Positions 51,626-64,000 of a stretch of 64,000 bases of DNA are shown here, in pieces; positions within the stretch are counted from its first letter, which is position 1; the number at the start of each line of letters is the position of its first letter. Location: NCBI GenBank assembly GCA_049190665.1, contig CM110852.1. One strand, 5' to 3'. Made by a program: the position numbers and the translations under genes. The notes under the pieces were generated by a model. It saw nothing but the letters and a program-made list of their open reading frames with translations, ran no database searches and was not told the origin of the DNA. Origin of the DNA: Lepidogalaxias salamandroides. Its lineage: Eukaryota.

Positions 51626-54600
51626 GCTGCTGCTAGTTTCCAATGTTTGGAACTCATGATCCGCGATTGCTCTAAAATAATTGGCCCGAAGGACTAAACG
51701 GAGATGAGGCAACTCTCTGTCTCTATGGCTCTGGCTGCTGCAGTGGAACTACAAGTGAGGGATAACGCCCAGGTGTCCTTTATCAGGGATTAATGGACGA
51801 CATTAATCCTTGATAATGGACACCTTGAAGGGAATTATCCCGCTTATACCATGGTCACTTACCAAAGATTAAAAACAAGGTTTGGTGCTTTATGTTTCGG
51901 GGCAATTCGCTCTAAAAATAAAAACTTTTGGGCAACGCTTTATCTGGTTCCCTGGAAACACCCGTGGGTCTGAATAATACCTGGAACACAATTAGTCTCA
52001 CCCATACTCCTACAAACAGTAGTTTACAACTCCAGCCAATAGGACAAACCTTAGATATAACTTGGCAAAAACGTTGAATTAAAATTCAATTCAACGTTTC
52101 CATTTATTGTGAAATTCGATAGCGATATAAGCAAGTCCGGCATATCGGCCTTTGAAGGAGAGTGTTTGACAGCTGGACTGGACTGGCCATGATGGTCGGG
52201 ACATTGGAAGACGACAAGACGTGGCTCTGTTCTCTTCTCTCCCAATAATTGATGACCTGTCACCGACATCTGACGGCTCTCCAGGTCGGAGTCTGAGAGC
52301 CGACCTACTTCAGAGGCTGTGGTTTGTGAAAGACCCACCTGAAAGGTACAATGATTATAGATGATTATATTTTGGGGATGGAGGGAGACAGTACTACATA
52401 TTTAGTCTCTGTCATATATGTTTATATAGGACTGCATTAATACAAGTTGTGTGTTATGGTAGCTTTACGATGGCAAGAGGCTGTTTTACAGCAGATCTGT
52501 GCAGATCTGTGCTTCATTCATTCTGTTGTTGCAAGTTGATGCAGACAAATAAAGAAACTCAACCCTCGATCATTCTATAGTCTCATACAAAATTATTAGA
52601 CTGTCATGTCTTTAATAGCTGATAGACATTAAGTGTAATCACCTCTTCTCTGATCTTTGGAGGCCACGGTGCAATTCAGGTGGCGGTAGAAAGATTTAGC
52701 ATCTGATGGACATTTGGAAATGCATGATGGACATCTTGAAACTTGCGACCGGACACAGCATAAACCCTCTCAGGTTTTCCTTGTCTGGGTCATTTGGGTC
52801 TTTACGATTCTTTGTTTGTGGAAATGAGTTCAAGGTCCGACTCAGAGATACAGGGATGGTGGAGGCTGGCATCTTTACCGCTTTTCCTGTAACGTTTAAG
52901 TATGGCTTTAAACACCGCATTGCTGGTCTTGAATCTGGTGTCAGTCATGACATTGAATTCCATTAAATGGTGGTTAATACTGGCCCTCAGACTCCTTAGA
53001 CTGGCAACGCTGTACTCCCCCTCCGCCTTGGTGGACCGGACCCCCGCAGGGTCTCATTCAGAACATTGGCGGTGTAGTTTTCAAAGTTGGAGTCATTGGT
53101 TTTGTTCACTGCGCTGAACTTCACAAAGGGCAAACTGAGGCAGCGAGGGAATTGTGCACGGATGAGTCATGCCTTTACGATCCTTCTGACCACTGTGAGC
53201 CTGTTCCCTACTGTTCCTCCTGCCACCCCTCAGAGGAACTCATAAAAGTACAACTGGACGTCCACTATTCTAAAGGACCAGCACCGGTGGCCCGGGAAGT
53301 CATGCAGATCCATCAGCAGCATCTTTCTCTTCCATGTCTCTTCAGCTCCCCAGCATATTAGAAAGGGTTGTACTATCATCCACACCGAGAACCTTAAGAT
53401 GAGACTCTGGTCCACCACACTGTGGCTGGGACCAGGGTTTATATTCTCTGTCCCCTATTTTACTACCAGGTGGGATGTTTATTAGCCATTACAAGCCATG
53501 ATACATCTGGGAGAACACTCGCACTTGTGATGTCACTAGAGGATAGATTTTGACATGGCTTGTAATGGCTAATCACCATCACACCTGGTGGAAAAATAGG
53601 GGCCCTTTAAAAGAGACAGTTGGCTTGCTATTAACTACGTAGAAAAATTGTTTAAAAGGTGAATGCTATTCGTATTACCGTCTCACTGCATTCTTTGTTT
53701 GTGATCATGCATGAAATTCTCCTGTAAACAGGAAACTGTGTGTGTGTGTGCCTGTGTGTGTGTTTCTGTTAAAGAATGCTGCTATCTCAGATAAGCAGTT
53801 TTCCACACTGTCTCCCATATGATTTGCATCTGGATCCATAAAGCCGCCTTCCAGTAGGGGCAGATTTGCTAGGAGGATATGATACGGTCCACATACTGTC
53901 CATCCGTACTAAAGAGTCAATAGCTTCATCAATATACAGTACCACTCAAAGACGATGAGCGATTGTATTAAATGATTAATTAGCTCACCTACTTGCTTAG
54001 TGACGCGGCTAAACCATCACTTGTCGTGCATTGTGTAACATAATGCTGCTCAGCACTTTGCCACCGGTGTTCGACCCAATTGAGTTTCTTTAAAACCGCC
54101 CCATCCTTCTGTTGAACGCTAAGTTTGTTTTCTGCTCGGTGAGTTCTTGTGTGTGTGTGTGTGTGTGTATGTGGGCACGTGCGCTGCATTGAAGCACTCT
54201 GTGTACATCCGGAAACGCTGAGTTACATATTTTTGGTGTACGGGGGGCCAGCTGCGTGGTTGGATTAATGACCCTGGGACACATGTTCTTCTCCACCCGC
54301 ACTGTCCTCTTTGATGAATCGCTGTGCGTTGGAAACAACAACCTGCAGGCCGGGGTCTCTGCTGCTGACGCCACGTCCCCTACTACTGGTGTTTAGATTC
54401 CCTCTGTTCTCGTCTCTCATCCAGCAGGATCCAGAGAGGAGAGAGGGGAGAGAGAGAGAGGTATGTTGGGGTCTTTACAAAGTGGTCGTGTTTCAACTTG
54501 GCGCTGACAAAAAGCCCTCTAGTCCTGCTATTCCTCTCCCCTCGGTTATCTCTCTCTCTCTCTTTCTCTCTGAGATCTGCCAGCTGGGAAAGGGCGTACG

Positions 54601-57581
54601 GACGGCAGTGGTCTGCAAGGACTGAACATCTGCCACCTCTTGTCTCTGTGTGCTGAGAGCTGAGACCCGGTTCTTCGCAGCTAAACAGACGTCAAGAAAG
54701 AGATTGTGGAGATTACACCTGTATGCGGTAAGAAGACAATGGCGCGTAAGCCTTTAATCGTAATGGTTTCTGTTATGTATGGGTATGTGTCTCTATAAGG
54801 GTTTGAAGTGAAAGGTGGGCTGCACAAGAAGACGACAGAAAAATAATACCAACAAAGAAGAATATCAAAGAAAATGACCAGTAAAGAACACCAACAAAGA
54901 AGAGCAGTGAAGAAAACCAACGAATGAGCCTTGTACACGCTGGCCCCAACAGCAAGGTGACCCCCCCTATGGATATAGTTTCACTTAGGTATCTACAACC
55001 AGTTTATTGGTGAACTCACATTCAAGGTCAAGTTAATGACTTTGTTTCATAATCAAATGCTTAGTATTCATGATTATTCGTGATACATGTTATGGGCTTT
55101 TCTGTTATGAAATTGTTAAATATAATACTGATGAAACACAATAACAGACACAATTCACAGGTCTTGCTAACTACTGTCTATATCTGGTAATTCACTTCCT
55201 GAACCTTTTTAACACAATATTCACCAGTTAGGTTCAAAGCCACTAATTGTCTATGTAACTATGACTGTATGATGAAGAAAAATGATACTATGAACGACAG
55301 GAGAATATACATAATGGCACAAAAAAAACTTGTATTGTTACAGATCTGTCGCTACATACATACTGTGGCAAACTATCTAATCAAACTTGTTTGATTCAAG
55401 CGAAAGCGACAATAACCAATCAAACGTCGATAAATATGAGATTCACAGTCCCCACAGTTGCTCTCTGTTTTGCCCGTAATGTGCGACAGAACATTCAACC
55501 GCTCAATGTACATTTATAATTTACATTTAGCAGATGCTTTCATCCAAGGTTACTTGGATGACTTACAATGAATTCAGATGTCATTCAGGAGTAGGTAGAG
55601 GTTGAGCATCTTGCTCAAGGATGCTTAAAGGTAGGCTGCAGACATTGGGGGATCAAACCCAGAACCCTTTGGCTGGAAGTTGACCACCGACTAGACCATC
55701 CTGCCCCAATAAAGGAAAATAGAACATTTGAACTGGGAAAGCCTAGCTTATGTCTTACCTGCTGCCATCTCCAGGTAGGGTCGTCTGAAACTGAAACTCA
55801 CCTGTGATTCGAGCCTATAGCTGAGGGAGCAGGGCGACGTGGAGACGTCATCGCAAAGAACCGAGCAGAGAAGAGCAGCAGCGCCACAAAACCCCGCCGA
55901 CTAGTTTGAACTAGTTTGGTCCACAGTAGATTGTACGGATCTGACCGCATCAGCAAAACAAAAACGAAAACAGTTGCACTTATTTTTTTCTTTTTCATTT
56001 ATCCTTTGTTTTACCATCTAGGTCAATTGAGCAGGAACTTCTCTTTTGCAATGATGACCTGGGTATAAAAGGCAGATAAAACACCAATAATATAATACAG
56101 ACATTTCACACAAGTAACATTGAAAATGGAGAAAACAACAATTACATGGTTGCAGTATAGCTCTCCACAATAAAAACACCAATAATAATTTTACAAAAGA
56201 AGGAACGCCACATAGAATGCCCCTCTACACATTTGCATATCATTTACAGTTTAGGCAATTCGGCAGATGCCTCCACACTGAAGCAACTTACAATCAATGC
56301 AACCCAAAAAAGTAAGAAAAATACAATGAAGGGCAAAACCATTGATTCCCTTACCAGGGCATGAACAAGACAACAAACAACAGAATATCAGCATTGGTAT
56401 GGTATCGGTCCAGAACCCCCACATCGATGCATCCCTAGGTAAAACATTTACAAACCATTGAGTCCAGCTCCATGGATTTGATCTTGACTTTAAACTCATT
56501 AAAAAGTAAGAGGTGGTCAAGCCCTAAATCATCTTGGAGCACTGTAGACCTGTAGCATTTCAATAGGGAATGCAATGAGGCATTCTGTTGCTCAGAATAC
56601 TGTTGGGTTGTTGTTGTTTACACCCCTGAATCACCAGTCCAGATGAACTGTCATAAAATAAGGCGCGCTTTTATGGGCCACCATTGTTTATCTGCATCAA
56701 GCCAATCAGACACATAGAGGTTAGCATGGTAAACTCTATAGGTCACTCCAGATCATGTACCAACAAAACACACACTCTCTCACACACACTCTCTCACACA
56801 CACACACCCCCCCACACACACACACATGCAGTGATTACAATTGTCCTTGTGACTCTATTTGACCCCCATGTTCAAATCAAAACAAATTGTAATACATCCC
56901 ATCATTCCACAAACAACCTTTATCCCACCAGCTTCCAGGAAAATGAATAACAAAATCCCAATAATCACATTAATAGGAATAATCTGAATAATCTAGAAGG
57001 ATCGGGATAATCAAAATATGTAATATTGATTCCTCTAGCTTCTCTGCACTCTGCCTAGTAGTTCATAGGTCATATAGCACTTATTTTATTAACCAATATT
57101 CAATGAGACATACAGGAAATGATCTTGGTTTAGGTACAGACATTAAACATCAGACAGGAACAAATGACCATCGGGATAATATTATTAATGATTATTATTA
57201 TTATTATTTTTTTTTTTTAATTTTCATTATATAATATGCCTATAATTATATAATACAATAATAATACTAATAATAATAATAATTATTATTATTATATTAT
57301 GATGTGGATAATCTTAATATTGAGAATGATCTGGTATGAATAACCAGACTATGGATAATCAGAACAACAACAAGGAGCTTCTTATACATTGGCCTGCTCT
57401 GAACTTTTCCTCACCTCCCTGGCCAGATGTCTTGTTCACAAGAGGATAATTGTGATATTTAACCCCACTCACCACAGACACCCACACAGCTCCATTGTGT
57501 GCCAGTGCACAGCGGCCGGCCTGCCGCTGTGTCCTTGACGTGGCTTATTCATGTGGTAGAGAGACAGACACACTGAATACT

Positions 57582-57770
<189 letters not shown>

Positions 57771-58059
57771 ATAACTGACAGGACAGGAGAGAGGGAGGGA
57801 AGGATGGGTGAGGGAGGGAGGGAGATGGAGGGAGATGGAGGGAGGGAGGGATGGGTGAGGGAGGGAGGGAGACCAGTGTGACTCAGCCGTCCTATAAGAT
57901 CTCAGACTGGGGAGCCAGGATGGGACATTACCTTGTAACCAGAAGGAGTGCTGGTTGAGACTCATACCCAAGTAGAGAGAAGTATCAGGAGCAGCATCAC
58001 CAGCTGAGGAGCAGCGAGGAGATGGTGTGTGTGCGTGAGGCTGAGCAGTAGTGTGTGGG

Positions 58060-61000
58060 ATGGAGAAGCAGAAAGCCCCTGGGTCCGGGGGCGTGGGGGG
58101 CTTGGTGACGAGTGGTTGGAGAGCCCTGCTACTGCCCCAGCTCACCCGCCAGTCCCTGTACGTGTACGGCAGTGAGATCGCTGTGGAGGAGGAATGCATC
58201 CGCCAACTACAGAGTGGAGTCCTGGTGATCCACCCCTTCAGCATCATAAGGTACTGCTACTACTTCTACTATCTAGTACTTTATCTAGTACAGCATGCCA
58301 TCCACCCCTTCAGCCTCATAAAGTACTGCACTACTACTACTACTACTTTGTCTGGAACAAACTCCCTGTTCACATCAGACAAGCACCCTCAGTTGAGAGC
58401 TTTAAGAAGCGCCTTAAAACATACTTTTACACCCTTGTTTTTAATTAAAAAAGGCATCTTTGATTATCTTTTTATTTTGTATTTTTTTAATTTATTTTTA
58501 TACTTGTTTTACTGTAATGGTCTTATTTAGTTTTCATTCTCTGTCACTGCTGCTATTATTTGCATGTTTTTTTTTATTGCTGTTTTTATTCAGCAATATT
58601 TGCTGTAAAGTACTTTGAGCTACATTTTGTGTTATGAAAGGTACTATACAAATAAAGTTTATTATTATTATTATTACTACTACTTTATCTAGTACAATGG
58701 CTTCAGTGTGTAGTACTCGTCATCCCCCACTTCAGGTACTGTACTATCTACTGCTAGTACTATAGTCTTTCAAATCAGACTTTAGATTAATATCTAAAGT
58801 CTGATGGCAGACAAGCTCAAATCTGGGTGAACGGGGCGTTTCACTTTCTTTTGCTTTACATTTGTTTTGATCACTCATGGTGCTGTAGGCGGGGATTTGT
58901 AAACACGTAAAAACACAAACTCAGCCAGCACTAGTAAATTGTAAAACGTGTCTGTAAAGGTTTCAAATGTAGGAAACAAATGTATTAAAATCCCCTTCTG
59001 AAAGCTTCATCCACTCGTGTGAATGAGTTTTATTTGGTAGAATATCTCAGTAACGAGTTGCAGTTGTTGGTTTCTGGCCCAGGTTCTGTTCCAGTCAAGA
59101 TTACTAGTACTAGTACTAGTACTACTACTACTACTACTACTATGTAGTACTTGCTATCTATATAGTACAATAACTACAGAGTGGAGTACTGGTCATCCAC
59201 CCCTTCGGCCTCATAAGGTATTGTACTACCTCTACTACTACTACTACTACTACTACTAATGCTACTACTACTACTACTACTACTACTATCTAGTACTACT
59301 ATTACCACTCCTATCTAGTACCTTATCTAGTACAATAACTACAGAATGGAGTCCTGGAGTCTACATGATTCTGATTACCTAGAAAGCACAATAAAATACA
59401 ATAAAAGTATTACTTTGATTACCCAGTACAATAAGGTATTACTGTCGTGTCTTCTAATAATAAGGTACTGCTGTCAATACAAATGGAAGAAAGTATGCAT
59501 ATTTTATGAGCTCTGGATAGATGGCAAGTATAAATATCCATAGACAGTTAAAGAAGTGTCTTCATCTCTAATCCAATATCTGAAAACCCTGAACTCCCTT
59601 GAACTTGAACGTGATGTCACATCACCCCGGTCACCTTACAGAACCGTCTGCCAAAAATACATTAGATCACAGACTGCACCCTTGACCACAATACCACCAT
59701 TTACAGTAACTCTCTCTCTATATATATATATTTGAACAGATTTGAACCTGTAACACTGTAATTTTTTATAGAAACCGTCCCCAACAGATTTCTCAAACCG
59801 TAAAATTCAGTACAGTGGGGACCCAAATGTGGACCAGAATAAAACAATTTATAGAGAAAAATTCCCTGGATGGATTGACTCGTGGATGGGCCATGGATTT
59901 GAGAAACTTTCTAGTTCAGATATTTTTTAATGGAGTAAATATCTGCAGTAGAAAAGTGACATATTGCCAGTTTAAAATGTGTACATCTCTGAACATGGAG
60001 TCAGGCATATACGGTATACTGTAATATTTCCAGGAGTTACTACATCATGTGCATGATGGCCATCACGTTCCTGAACCTTATCGGAATCCCCATGGAGATC
60101 GCCTTCCTGGACGGGGTGAACGGCCTGGGCTGGGAGGGCTTCAACGTCTTCTCCGACACGTTGTTCCTCATCGATGTGGCTCTCAACTTCCGCATGGGCA
60201 TCATACCAGAGGACGGCGAGGTCCCCACAAACACACACACACACACACACACCATCCCCATCTGTAATCCCCTCTCAATACACGAACAAACCAGATTAAC
60301 AATCACAACCCCCATCCCAAAATCTACGGTATGTTGAGTTATGTTGTTGTAACACGACAACGATGTTGGGTCAAATTACAAATACCTAGAGGCATGACGT
60401 TTTTCAATTAGGCCGTAGATAGATGATATGTCGCCTGTTGTCCTCTGCTCTAGTCTGCTGAGGTGACTCGTGCCAGCTTCTTAGAAAACCTCCCATGTGC
60501 ACCTGTGCTGTGTGTGCCCTCATCTTTACTCAGGACCTTAGCTGTGGTGTATGTGTGTGTGTGTGTGCATATGTGCGTGTGTGTGCATATGTGCGTGCAT
60601 GTGTCCTCATGTGCCATGACGTTCGGAGCTGTGTGTGTGTGTGAATGTGTCCTTACGTGAACTGATGTTCTGCACTGTGGAATGTGTGTGCGTGTGTGTT
60701 CATGTATCTCCATGCATATTGATATTCTAAGCTGTGTATGTTTTTGTTGGTTTTTCCAGTCCATAATTTCAAGTCCACCAAGACCTTCTGAAATATGAAT
60801 CTACATGTTTAAGTCATGATCTGACAACATTGTCATTTAATCTTTTCACTTCAGCGGCATTCACTTTTTTGTTTGTCATTTTTGTCATTGTTTGGTCCTG
60901 TATGACAGGTTGCCATTTTGGATCTCAAGCAGATCCGGGTGAGCTATCTGAGAAGCTGGTTCATACCGGATGTGATCGCAGCATTCCCCATCGGATACAT

Positions 61001-63618
61001 CCTCTTCTTTGCGGTAAAATTCAAACATTGACCTCATGAATTGACCTCATCTGGTCTGGAGTGAATTATAACAAATTAAAAACATTGTGAATCTTGCTCA
61101 CCCATGTGTTTTCTTGCTACAGGACTTACAGTACAACAACAAGGATAACCCCTCCAAGACCAACAGAATGATGCGAATCCTCATGTTCGTGCGAATCCTC
61201 AGCCTCATACGTCTGGTGCGGGTGTCTCGACTTGTGCGCTTCTTCAACGAAGTGGAGAAAGTGAGTTTGGAAGTGCGACACCAGTTCTCAACCGTCTCAA
61301 ATTGCAGACACCTTCATCGAGAACCCAGCCCTGTGTGACAGCATGCGAGAGTTGGAGGAATCACTGTGTGTTCCTCTGGGAATAGGACATAGAGTTCTGG
61401 AATGTTAGGAAAGGTTCTATTTTTTATTTAGTCAGGTACCTTGATCTTCCGAATTCCAAGTTACCAAATTCCGAGTTTCGACTCCAAGCGATCTCTACTG
61501 ATTGTATAAGCACTCAAAGACACCTAGATCTACCTACCTAATAGTTAGGGCTGCGTTTCCCGATACCGGCATACCTTGAGTTTTCGCGATGTCCGTCACC
61601 GATTGGCTACGCGGACGCGCACACAAAACGTTTCCTGCCGCGTAGCCAATCGGTGACGGACATCGCGAAAACTCAAGGTATGCCGGTATCGGGAAACGCA
61701 GCCTAGATCTATCTAATAGTCGGACATGTTGTCGTTGGTAAGATAGGATAAGATGTACTTTATTTAGAGTAGTAGAAAGAAAGTAAAGGACAGCAATAGC
61801 TAGTAATCACCCTCCCCTTGCTCTCTCAGGTGTCCAATGCCAACCTGGAGGTGATCTCTCTGTTCTTCCGCATCCTGTCCCTCTTCATGATGATCTTCCT
61901 GCTCTGCCACTGGAATGGCTGCATCCAGTACTTTGTCCCCATGCTGGAAGAGTTCCCCGCCGACTGCTGGGTCCGCAAGGAGAACCTCATGGTAAAGCCA
62001 TGGAACCACTCATGTCATGGACTCATAGAACCATGGAATCATATCATGGAACCATGCAATCATGCAAGTGATGGACCCTTGGATTTTAATCATGGAATAA
62101 TGTAATGGAACCATATCATGAAATATGCATTCTGACATTATAGAGTGATCTCTGCGGTCAATCCTTTGTTTGCAGAATGCCACAGTGAGTGTTAAATACT
62201 CCTGGGGGGTTTTCCGTGCGCTGTCCCAGATGATCGCCCTCTCCTATGGCTCAATGGATGCCCCTACCAGTAAGCTTCTCTTTATATTACTATACTGCAT
62301 ACTGTATGTTATGTATACACCAGGAAAAACCTAAGACTACTGCTTACTTCATTGGTTGGTGATCAATTGTAATGTAAAATAAACTCTGTGCTCTTCTGAT
62401 CTCCTCTGTCAGACTATGTGGAGTTGTGGATTGTGATGGTCAGCATGATCTCTGGATGCATGATGTACACCGTGCTGGTGGCTAACGCTACAACCATGAT
62501 AGCCAACACAGACCCCACTGCCAAGGAGTACATGAGCAAGGTCTTAATGGGTCTTTAAAGTATAACAGCAGACCAGTAAAGTGTGACATTACAGCTACTG
62601 ATTCCATCTTCAGATACTTAGCGTTATTGGTTAGTGATGCAGGTTCTTTTAAGTGGTGAAAACTCTTGTTGTTCCCATGTAGATGTGCCGTTTGGAACAC
62701 TACATGACCTTTATGAAGTTACCCCCTGAGCTGCAGCTGCGGATCAGCAAGTACTACCAGGCACGCTATGGGGGGAAGTGGTTCGATGAGAACAGCGTCA
62801 TTGATACGGTTTCCACGGCGCTGAAAGAGGTAAATGCTGTGTCAGCTCGTTTACCGCCAGGCTAATTCTGGAGTTAAATTAAACTAAACCAAGATAAGAT
62901 AAACAAAACCAAACTTCTAAACTAATCGAAGATAAGACTATTTAAAATAAGATAAAATAACCTATGCTAATCATATCATATAATAAAATAAGATAATCTC
63001 AAATAAGATAAGCTAAACTAGGATGAGATAAACCAACCTAAGCTAATGCTCTAGGGTGCGTTTCCCGATACCGGCATACCTTGAGTTTTCCCAATGTCCG
63101 TCACCGATTGGCTACGCGGACGCGCACACAAAACGTTTCCTGCCGCGTAGCCAATCGGTGACGGACATCGCGAAAACTCAAGGTATGCCGGTATCGGGAA
63201 ACGCAGCCCTAAGCTAACATGAGATAAGTTAAGATAAACTAAGCTAAGATAAGCTAAAAAATAAACTCAGCTAAAATAAGCTAAACTAAGATGAACTAAG
63301 ATACACTTAATAGATACACTTAATAGATAACAGATAATTATAGCTTAGTTTAAACTAAGCTGTGCTTACTTTCCTCACAGGAAATGCTGCTGGCCATGTG
63401 CAGCCGGCTGCTGAAGAAGGTTCCCATGTTCCAGAACCAGGACGTCCACTTCATCAACGCCGTGTTGCTCAAGCTCAGCTATGAGGTGTTCATGGAGGGA
63501 GATGTGATCGTCCGGGAGGATGCGCCCGGAGACCGCATGTTCTTCATCGACCACGGGGAGGTAGGCTTGGAGGCAGACTCCTTCCAGAGGGACCTCTGCG
63601 ATGGGGACTACTTTGGAG
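58060..63618 (+). CDS. HCN-like cyclic-nucleotide-binding-domain 6TM channel (HCNL-like), 9 coding exons, 3' end outside the window
   Basis: Exons: 58060-58250 (MEKQKAPGSGGVGGLVTSGWRALLLPQLTRQSLYVYGSEIAVEEECIRQLQSGVLVIHPFSIIR); 60034-60220 (SYYIMCMMAITFLNLIGIPMEIAFLDGVNGLGWEGFNVFSDTLFLIDVALNFRMGIIPEDGE); 60909-61013; 61123-61260 (S4: DLQYNNKDNPSKTNRMMRILMFVRILSLIRLVRVSRLVRFFNEVEK); 61830-61991 (..LLCHWNGCIQYFVPMLEEFPADCWV..); 62176-62269 (pore: NATVSVKYSWGVFRALSQMIALSYGSMDAPT); 62413-62540 (S6); 62683-62829 (C-linker: ..KLPPELQLRISKYYQARYGGKWFDENSVID..); 63381-63618 (CNBD: ..VPMFQNQDVHFINAVLLKLSYEVFMEGDVIVREDAPGDRMFFIDHGEVGL..GDYFG-). All junctions are GT-AG with consistent phases. The protein is collinear with HCN1 from HPYSDFRFYWD through the CNBD. 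Confidence 0.85.
61548..61703. mobile_element. Near-perfect palindromic MITE with TA target-site duplication (second copy at 63054-63209; related diverged copies at ~34610-34680 and ~35050-35180)
   Basis: GGGCTGCGTTTCCCGATACCGGCATACCTTGAGTTTTCGCGATGTCCGTCACCGATTGGCTACGCGG-acgcgcacacaaaacgtttcctg-CCGCGTAGCCAATCGGTGACGGACATCGCGAAAACTCAAGGTATGCCGGTATCGGGAAACGCAGCC. The arms are ~67 bp. Flanked by TA on each side in both copies, consistent with a Tc1/mariner-type (Stowaway-like) MITE. The copies lie in channel-gene introns 4 and 8. Confidence 0.75.
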
Positions 63619-64000
63619 GTGCGTTCAATTCAATTCAATTCAAATAACTTTTCCGTTAGGAACTTTGTTCGCATGGTACGAGTTACAGTGCATTAGGACA
63701 TGTGAGACAGACAACATGCAAGTACAAGACAACAAACAAGTGCATGTTAAAAGCAGCGTGAAGTGACCAAGTCTGGTCTAAAATGTGGTATGAGGTCCAA
63801 AAAATTTTGAAATTACTAAAATAACAGAGGATGTTGGTGCAGAGTGTGTGTTGTGTCTGAGGTAGTCTGCTGACAGGATGTAGGCTGTGGGGATAAGCCT
63901 GCCGTTAAGCCAACTATTTCAGTCGGAATTCTCAGCTATCTATCTGCGTGTTACAGTTTTCAAAGTCCCTGTCGCTATGTGAAACAACAACATTCCCGAT

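Noticed and set aside
52051-53420. Several 60-100 aa ORFs on both strands at 52051-53420 (e.g. 52706..52966+, 52696..52920-, 53152..53361+)
   Set aside because: No splice-consistent structure, conserved motif or repeat signature was recognised. Treated as unannotated intergenic sequence between the LINE and the channel gene.

Overview
This window is vertebrate nuclear DNA, most likely from a teleost fish: introns with GT..AG boundaries, very abundant (CA)n microsatellites, tRNA-derived SINEs, Tol2/hAT-like transposons and L2-type LINEs. No bacterial features were found: no CRISPR array, no rRNA gene and no tRNA gene. The bacterial-style six-frame ORF track is mostly misleading here, because genes are split into small exons and many listed ORFs lie in repeats or are antisense to real exons.

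Layout of the window:
- 1..~5990 and 12003..~18300: two near-identical copies of a ~6 kb block in direct orientation. Each contains an unrecognised coiled-coil gene that ends in repeated 'intron plus terminal-exon' modules. The spacing is ~12 kb.
- 7527..11766, + strand: a beta-tubulin gene lies between the two copies. It has a TUBB4-like C-terminus and an unusual 7 coding exons, with minisatellite-filled introns.
- 19499..48335, - strand: a vault poly(ADP-ribose) polymerase gene, PARP4. The BRCT, PARP catalytic, VIT, vWA, proline-rich and MVP-binding C-terminal regions were all recognised. It contains an intragenic tandem duplication, a C26 polypyrimidine tract at one acceptor, and an (AC)~70 microsatellite directly before the ATG.
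- 49340..51625: a composite transposon region, made of a TIR element carrying a poly-C minisatellite followed by a 5'-truncated L2 LINE.
- 58060..>63618, + strand, 3' end outside the window: an HCN-like cyclic-nucleotide-binding 6TM channel gene whose pore reads LSYGS instead of GYG and whose S4 is Met-substituted, which suggests an HCNL-type channel.

Numerous MITEs, SINEs, LINE and LTR-retrotransposon fragments and mini/microsatellites are scattered through the introns and intergenic DNA.
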